A DNA stretch of 64,000 nt, taken from NCBI GenBank assembly GCA_965153285.1, contig OZ229116.1. One strand, given 5' to 3'. The notes beneath the pieces were generated by a model. It ran no database searches. It was not told the DNA's origin and saw only the letters and a program-made list of their open reading frames with translations. The DNA is from Podarcis tiliguerta. Its lineage: Eukaryota. Below, one piece after another: positions 24,446 to 64,000 of this stretch; within the stretch, counting starts at the first letter, position 1; every line of letters begins with the position of its first letter. The translations under genes and the position numbers were made by a program.

Positions 24446-25488
24446 AATTAATATTATGTTTATTTATATCCCACCTTTTTCCCTGACGGTCTCAAGGTGG
24501 CTTACAGCTAAAAAAAGAGACATTAAAAAAAATTAAGCATTAATAAGATATGTGAGATCTATTAAAGCATAGCACCTTTTTGTTAAGAAAAATGTTAGCA
24601 ATGTTTAGGCTTAGTGCCTCTGAGCACGTGCAGAGTTCTTCGAAGGAAAGGACTTTCAAAGAGTCTCACTGAACATGTGCAAAATGGCTTTTGAAATGCT
24701 TCCTTGCCTGTCCAGTGAGGGCAAGATCTTGCACCTCTCACTTTCTGTTTGGAGGCTGCTGGTTGGGAATAGGGACCTGAAACGGAGAGGGCCATAAAAT
24801 CAACTTTGGAGCAAATCGAAGAAAAACTGGAGCTACAAACATATGCCTGGACGGACGCCCAACACATTTATGAGCTTTCATGGCGCAATCCCCAAGGACG
24901 CTTGCCAGGAGGGAAAGCCTACAGATTACAGCAGGATTTTCTTCGGAGTAAACGTGTGGGAGTTAAAACTCCAAAAGGCGAAACAGGAGTTCCCGCTGGG
25001 CGCGTCAGCGCAGAAGCAGGCCCTACCGAGCCTTACTCCCAAGTAAAGCGTACATAGCTTGGATTCCGGCCTAACCCGTTCAGGGACGGCAACAAACTTG
25101 TGCCAGCGGCACCAGAGAAACCGGTTACTCCTGGGGCAGCCGGGCGCGTTTCTTGGGCGGGCGCGCAGGTGGCGTGACGGGGCCGGAGCTCCGCCTCACA
25201 GGAAAAGGCGACCAACTTGGGCTGGGCCTAAGGCGGAGCTGAGGCGACGCCAACCTCTTCGGTTGGCTGCCGGCGAAGCGGCTTTCCGACATCGCCTCAG
25301 ATCTCAGCGCCGCCCCTCGCGGAGGAGGAGGAGAACGAGGAGAAGGGACGGAGGAAGGGGCGGAACCGCCGAGCCTTCCGTCTCTGAAGCGCCTCAGTCG
25401 CAGTTCCCGCCTTGACTACGTTGGCCGTCCAGCGACTTCGCAGGTTGCCGGAGCCCCACAGTTAATCGAGCGGGAGGCTCCTCGGGGA

Positions 25489-58852
<33,364 letters not shown>

Positions 58853-59314
58853 CCATTTTAAACAAAGTGGTCAGTGGACTCGTTGAATTCTACCTGAAGC
58901 CCTTTTCACCATAAGTTTCAGCAAGTTTCTATGACTACTGTCGCACAACTACAAACCACTATTACTGGACAGATTAGAGATCTACCCAAGTAGATGACCA
59001 GTAGTTCTGAACAACTTGGACTCAGGAAGTATTGCATATTTCAGTTACAGTGTTACTAAAATTGGAAGGATCATAAATTATTATTATTTAATACATTCTA
59101 GTTTTTATTCTTGTGAAAGTGTTTCACACAATGAATTTGCATTCCTGATGAAATCTAAAGTGACATGTATGAGAGTAAATTGCTGACCCACTGACACTAC
59201 TTTTTAAATGCAAGTCAATGCAATTTGTGGCTCTATTTTTAGGAGAGACAAATGAGCCATTAGTGGAAAAATAATATTTTAATAATTTGCCAAAGGGTCT
59301 GTGTGTATATATAC

Positions 59315-59320
59315 TTTATT
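59315..59320 (-). terminator. Candidate RMC1 polyadenylation signal
   Basis: TTTATT on + (AATAAA on -), about 90 nt past the RMC1 stop. Confidence 0.55.
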
Positions 59321-59367
59321 ATAAAATAGGAATTTTTGTAGGTCAAAAGTATCAGTACATAAAATGC

Positions 59368-59373
59368 AATAAA
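59368..59373 (+). terminator. Candidate NPC1 polyadenylation signal
   Basis: First AATAAA found downstream of the NPC1 stop. Confidence 0.6.
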
Positions 59374-59406
59374 TTAAGTTTATACATTTCGTATAGCTTT
59401 TCTACT

Positions 59407-59486
59407 TCAGAAAGCAGTAGGCTTCATTAGTGCTTGGTCTCCAAAAACCTGCTTAAAAAACACAACATGCTCTTCACAGTGCTCTC
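59407..59486 (-). CDS. RMC1: RMC1 (C18orf8, regulator of MON1-CCZ1) last coding exon
   Basis: ttacag|GA GAG CAC...TTC TGA; (G)EHCEEHVVFFKQVFGDQALMKPTAF*, matching the recalled human C-terminus. Confidence 0.93.
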
Positions 59487-60947
59487 CTGTAAAACAAACA
59501 AAAAAGACTGTGTGGAATTAAATCTGAAATACCTTCCCAGTACTTTATTTAATTTGAATACAGTTCCTGAGGATTTCTAGACTGGTCACACTACCTGTCA
59601 GACAGGACCACTGGTCCAGCTCAATAACATAGTACATCAATGCACTGAAACTCTGTACTAAGAGTTGATGAACTGGAAGTAGTTTAAGTAATATGTACTG
59701 CTGTTGTATGCTAAGTTACTACTATGACAAAACTGGATTCTCAGCACAATCAAAATAACATGCCACTTCAGCCAGAACTAGAATGGTTTCTCTACCCTCC
59801 TCTTGTCCATGAGACTTTCTTGGCAATATCAGTCACAATATGAAATTACATTCAGACTAGCAGATTCCCATAAGCCTTGTATTGCCGCAAACACTGGGAC
59901 ATACCTAATCAAATTGAGGGGAAGGATGCATTTCTATGTTCTTTATCACTGTTATGCTTAAACCCTGCTACTAAGAAATCCACACCATGGTATACATGAA
60001 AGAAGGCCTTTCATGATTTCAGTGTGGAGGACTTTCAAGGTAAAAATGATATATGCATGCATCTAGGCACCTATACTCTTCCCCGGCCAAGGAAAGTAAT
60101 TAAGTCATATGCAGAGTACCTCCATTAAAATAAAGAAACAGGTTAGCCACAATTAAATCAAAAGGGGTTGATGGTGAGTATAATGTAATCAGATGCCAAA
60201 CAGCTACAGCAAAATAAGTCTTCCTTCCACTTGCACTCTTATGGAGCGGTGGGTGTCACTTCTGTCACTCTGACTAAAAGTGAATTCCTAAAACCCAAAA
60301 CATATAGCAGCAGACTCCCCATAACCACTACCCATCTATTAAATGCTCTTTACTATAGTTGTCATTTTCCACATTCTACAAGAATCTGTCAAATCAGTAT
60401 TCAAAATGTAGACACAGTGCCTTTAATTGCAGAAATGATATTTTAAGAGCAAAACAGTACAGTTTGTGGTGGGTTATCTTTAATTGAACTCTGTAAATCA
60501 GTGCTTTAAACTTCTTAAAAAGCTAGTGTGTTATAATGTATGGTCTAGAAAGCTTACGGAGGGCAGGGGCAACTTACCATAGGTTGTGTATTAATACCTC
60601 AACTGTTCAGTTATCTTAATAAACTTGTACGAATATTCACTAAAATGTGGCCAAGCTCCATTTAAATGGCTTAGCCAAGTCCCCAAATTCACTCTATAAA
60701 CCACAGCGGTTTTTCCAATTTTCTCTTAAGCTCACTGAAAATATTTACCAGTAAAGCAGATTTGGAACCAACGTTGGTTGTAAGTGGCCAAAAGTACAAG
60801 AACAGATTGCTGAACCTTGAGTCTATCCCAGCTTACTAAGATTTACAAGACACAATCTTGTTTAATAAACTTTTCTATAAAAAGATAAAGGCTGGCTGGG
60901 ATTATCTTGACACACTTCCCTCCCCGCTTTGCAAATGGACACTTTAC

Positions 60948-61173
60948 CTGGAGTGAAGCTAGGGTTTCCACGCAATCGCTGATTTCTCTGCTCAAAGAAC
61001 CTGAATATGGTATAGAATAGCATCTCATCTTCCGTCTGCTTTGCTGCATCAAGAAACTTTCGAGCAGAAATACTATCATGGCCTCCAATACCTCTGATGA
61101 ATCTCAAGGCAGCCAGTACCTGATGTTTAGACAACAAAACTTCCACTATTTCATCATTTGCAGTAGAAAGTCT
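60948..61173 (-). CDS. RMC1: RMC1 penultimate coding exon
   Basis: tttcag|RLSTANDEIVEVLLSKHQVLAALRFIRGIGGHDSISARKFLDAAKQTEDEMLFYTIFRFFEQRNQRLRGNPSFTP|gtaaag; 226 nt, phase fits the last exon. Confidence 0.94.
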
Positions 61174-61229
61174 CTGAAAGCAAAGTGACTACAATTAGTG
61201 GCTGCCGAACTAATGAAAGCCCTAAATTC

Positions 61230-62904
61230 AACACACAGGGGGAATGATCTTGCCATTTATTATGGTGGATGATGAAGTGTTCAGACTGGGCTGTTCCTCT
61301 TGCAGGACACTCAGGCAGGAGCAAAGAATTGTGGGAGGCAGACCCGTTTCTCCTCAGTTTTTTTTCCTCCTGCCTAGGACTGAGCAGTTTGGCTCTCCCA
61401 GCTCTCAATGTTTTGCTGACTGCTAGTCAGCTGAGTCCTCTTTAACTACTTTCTTTGTTATTCTTAAGTTACTTAGTAATCTTCCTCTTCCTTAGTTGTT
61501 TATTGGCAACTTTGCCTGTCTTTGTTACTGTTTGGTGTCAGTCCTTTTATGTGTCCTCTGCTGAGGTAAAAAGAAAAAAGCACCACTGTCTCCCTGCTAA
61601 ACATGTTTCCCTATTCTATGTTCAGTGTTTTACTTCTATTTTTTCATTAATTTCTTAATTTTGATCTTTTCCCCTTGTTGCTGGCTGTTGCCAGCGGTTG
61701 AGTTGCCTTTTCCTTCAACTTTTTTGTGTCACAGGCTGCCTCCTGCAGCGACTGTGTGCTGCTTCCCTAACAGCTGCTCTGCGCCTTACTCTCAGCGTCC
61801 TTTTGGACCCTTTATTCAGCGCATCAGCTTTTCTTCAAGAATCGCTGCTTCTGCAAAGAAAGGAAGGGACAAAGAAAATAAGCTTCCAACTCCTTTCTCT
61901 CCTGTCTGCTGCAGCGGTGCAAAGGGCTGTTGCGACATGTTTTGCCTGCAGTAATAACGGAATCAGCAGTCTGCTTCAGTGGCTCAATTTCCTCCCACTA
62001 AATTTTGATGGCGTCCTTATGAGTCTTTGCAAGGTTTGGGTTCCTCTCCACATAAAAAAGCGAAACAAAAGTTGAAGCAGCTAAACCTAGCAGGGTCCTC
62101 TAATACTTTTCACAGTCACTCAAATCACTCTTTCCGTGTTAAGGGCCATCATTCCCCCCCCCCCCCCCCAGTGCTGCTGGTAAGGTCAACCCCTGTAAAC
62201 AAACCTCCTTCAAAGCAATCCATGACTCAGCCACCCAGCCCTGGCTCAGTTATCTAGTGAGGTTTTACTGCCACCTGCTGGCAATATAAATGACATAGCC
62301 ATGTCCTCTGATTCTGAGCCTAAATTTCAGGGTTTTGCTGATGCCCAATTAGGGTCTAATGAGCAAAGTTCATTGTCACCAATGGGTCAAGGTTTATCAG
62401 AAGTTTTGAATGTGAACTTGCCTGCTTCTTTAATTGATCAGTTGAAGGATGCCCTTCTTGCCTCCTTATCGCTGACTAAACACTTCTGTATTTTCCACAA
62501 AGACAAGGTTGTGCTTTGCACTGATCCCACTTTTGTACCAAAAGTACCTTCAAGATTTAATATTCAACAGGAGCTGGTGCTTCAAACGTTTTGTCCTAAT
62601 CCACAGCATCCATAAGAAAAGGCTTGGGCATTCTTTGTATGTGTGGCGGGCTTTGAAGATCCATTGTACAAAGAACATTAGAACTACAGGTGTCTTGTTT
62701 GTGTCTTTTCATACTTCATCTCTGGGAAAGAAAGTTTCTTCTGCCACATTATCCAGATGGCTACGTGCTTGCATGCTGTCGGCTTATGAGTCTCTTAAGT
62801 TACCTTCTCCATCACGTATATTTCCACACTCTACCAGTTCAGCCTCTATGTCGGCGGTCTTTGCTGCCAATGCTTCCCTGCTGGATATCTGTAAAGTAGC
62901 TACT
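61230..62904 (+). mobile_element. Degenerate, internally deleted DIRS1-like tyrosine-recombinase retrotransposon (left boundary approximate)
   Basis: 62455-62904 encodes FCIFHKDKVVL...FVPKV...QELVLQTFCPNP...RALK...LFVSF...GKKVSSATLSRWLR...HSTSSAS...ICKVAT, the C-terminal half of a DIRS YR. The upstream part resembles a DIRS terminal repeat and ORF1 remnant. Confidence 0.78.
62455..62904 (+). pseudogene. Tyrosine recombinase (phage-integrase-like) pseudogene fragment of the DIRS element
   Basis: In-frame TAA at 62613-62615, +1 frameshift near 62625, HxxR motif reads HSTS, truncated at AT(W). Confidence 0.8.
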
Positions 62905-63475
62905 TTGAAGTTCTAATTCTGGCATGTTCCAAGTCAAAATTGTCCAAACATGGGGGAGTCCACCATTTGGACTTGGTTAGTAAGTCCCAATTTGTGGCAA
63001 TACGAGCATTAAAGTCTCCCCCAATTAAGGAGTACGAGTTAGGGCATTTAGTATGACATGACAGTAGGTGATTTTCAAATGATTCCCATCTCCAATCAAG
63101 ATCAGGCGCTGAGCCTTCGGGGGGGAGATAAACATTAGTAATTAGTAATGAGGACTTCCCTTCTGTGATCAGTCCAGATAGAGCAAAAGGCGGGGAAGCC
63201 CGTACCAGAGTGAATTTGGCGCGAAGTTGGAGTGAAATCCCAATCAAAAGGCCCCCTTTGGGGCGACCACCTTTCAAAGAAGGGGAGGCCGGAAGTGTTA
63301 GAAGATCAAAGCCGTCTATGGTAATTTCTTCCTCATCCCATGTTTCTTGGAATAGAATGATTTTAAATGAATTTATGTACTTCCTGAATTCGGGGTCTGA
63401 TTTTTTGGTTCTCCAACCAGCAATGTTCCAGCTAAGTATTGATAATGTCGAGTCCTTGTGCTGTCCCGGTAATTG
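62903..63475 (-). CDS. LINE ORF2 apurinic-endonuclease domain, no ATG, 3'-truncated (191 codons)
   Basis: Uninterrupted frame with WN, QET, Y-P and GDFNAR motifs. Confidence 0.8.
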
Positions 63476-64000
63476 TCACTTTGAGTTGTTTAATGGGTTC
63501 TTGGAGGTAGAACGAGGACCCATAAGGAAATCGGTAATTTTAGTTTGTGCGGATAAGGTCTTCTTCCGTGTTAATTGTATCGATGATTTGGTAACATTAA
63601 CGGGCGGGAAGGGCTTTGCCGGGAAGGAAGAATTAGGCAAAGTTGGTGAGGTCGGATGCTGTTCATTGAGGTGAGTAGTAACAAGTCTTTGATGGGCTAC
63701 ACTAGTGGATCCGTCAGAATTATCAGTCTTAACCAGGGTAGCGCTAAGAGGTGTTCCAGCCATCACTTGTAGTTGCTGCGCAGATGGGGAGGAATTATCA
63801 CGCAGATGTATTAAAGGACATGAACGTGAGGATGGTGCATGTATAGTCATTTCCTGGTGATCTTCAGGCAGGGTAGATTCTAGCTCAGGCATTGAGGCAA
63901 AGGAGTCATCAACTTCCATATTTTGATTGGGCATAAGGACTGAGATGGGAGTATTGAGTTTATCGACTTCCTCCACGGTAGAATGATGTTGTAGGTCAAC
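63476..64000 (-). CDS. LINE ORF1 C-terminal low-complexity portion
   Basis: Open S/T/P-rich frame to the window edge ending QTKITDFL...NNSK*, directly abutting ORF2. Confidence 0.65.
   Translation of the reverse strand, partial: VDLQHHSTVEEVDKLNTPISVLMPNQNMEVDDSFASMPELESTLPEDHQEMTIHAPSSRSCPLIHLRDNSSPSAQQLQVMAGTPLSATLVKTDNSDGSTSVAHQRLVTTHLNEQHPTSPTLPNSSFPAKPFPPVNVTKSSIQLTRKKTLSAQTKITDFLMGPRSTSKNPLNNSK

Larger units (their letters stand above)
62903..64000 (-). mobile_element. APE-type non-LTR retrotransposon (LINE; clade uncertain, possibly RTE-X-like): 3' part of ORF1 and N-terminal ORF2 endonuclease; runs off the window
   Basis: 63475-62903 reads LSILSWNIAG...ILFQETW...GRPKGG...NVYLPP...GGDFNAR (APE endonuclease motifs); upstream frame is open from 64000 to TGA at 63478-63476. 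Confidence 0.88.

Noticed and set aside
62455-62904. Phage integrase suggesting a prophage, horizontal transfer or contamination
   Set aside because: The motifs are those of eukaryotic DIRS retrotransposon recombinases, and the fragment sits in a normal vertebrate intron.
63165-63674. 169-aa + strand ORF
   Set aside because: Antisense shadow of the LINE ORF1/ORF2; no recognisable domain.

Overview
Vertebrate genomic DNA, almost certainly a squamate and probably a lacertid lizard, judged from Sauria-SINE and Squam-type SINE copies. It carries the conserved cluster ANKRD29 (+, coding exons 2-10; exon 1 is upstream of the window), NPC1 (+, complete, 25 coding exons, 25489-58852, 3873 nt, 1290 aa) and RMC1/C18orf8 (-, last two coding exons), with RMC1 convergent on NPC1. 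Introns hold many SINEs, CR1/L2 fragments, Tc1/pogo and hAT MITEs, and a Penelope-like fragment with a decayed hammerhead ribozyme. The RMC1 intron at the window end contains a dead, internally deleted DIRS1-like tyrosine-recombinase retroelement that is cut off by an APE-type LINE. The most striking observation is in that LINE: its Met-free endonuclease ORF2 is in frame with ORF1, separated only by UGA-CAA-UUA, the TMV-type stop-codon readthrough signal. Other points are a GC-AG intron in ANKRD29, predicted overlapping NPC1/RMC1 3' ends, and the state of the NPC1 filovirus-receptor loops. Most ORF-track entries are spurious. Human comparisons are from memory and repeat-family names are by recognition; neither comes from a database search.
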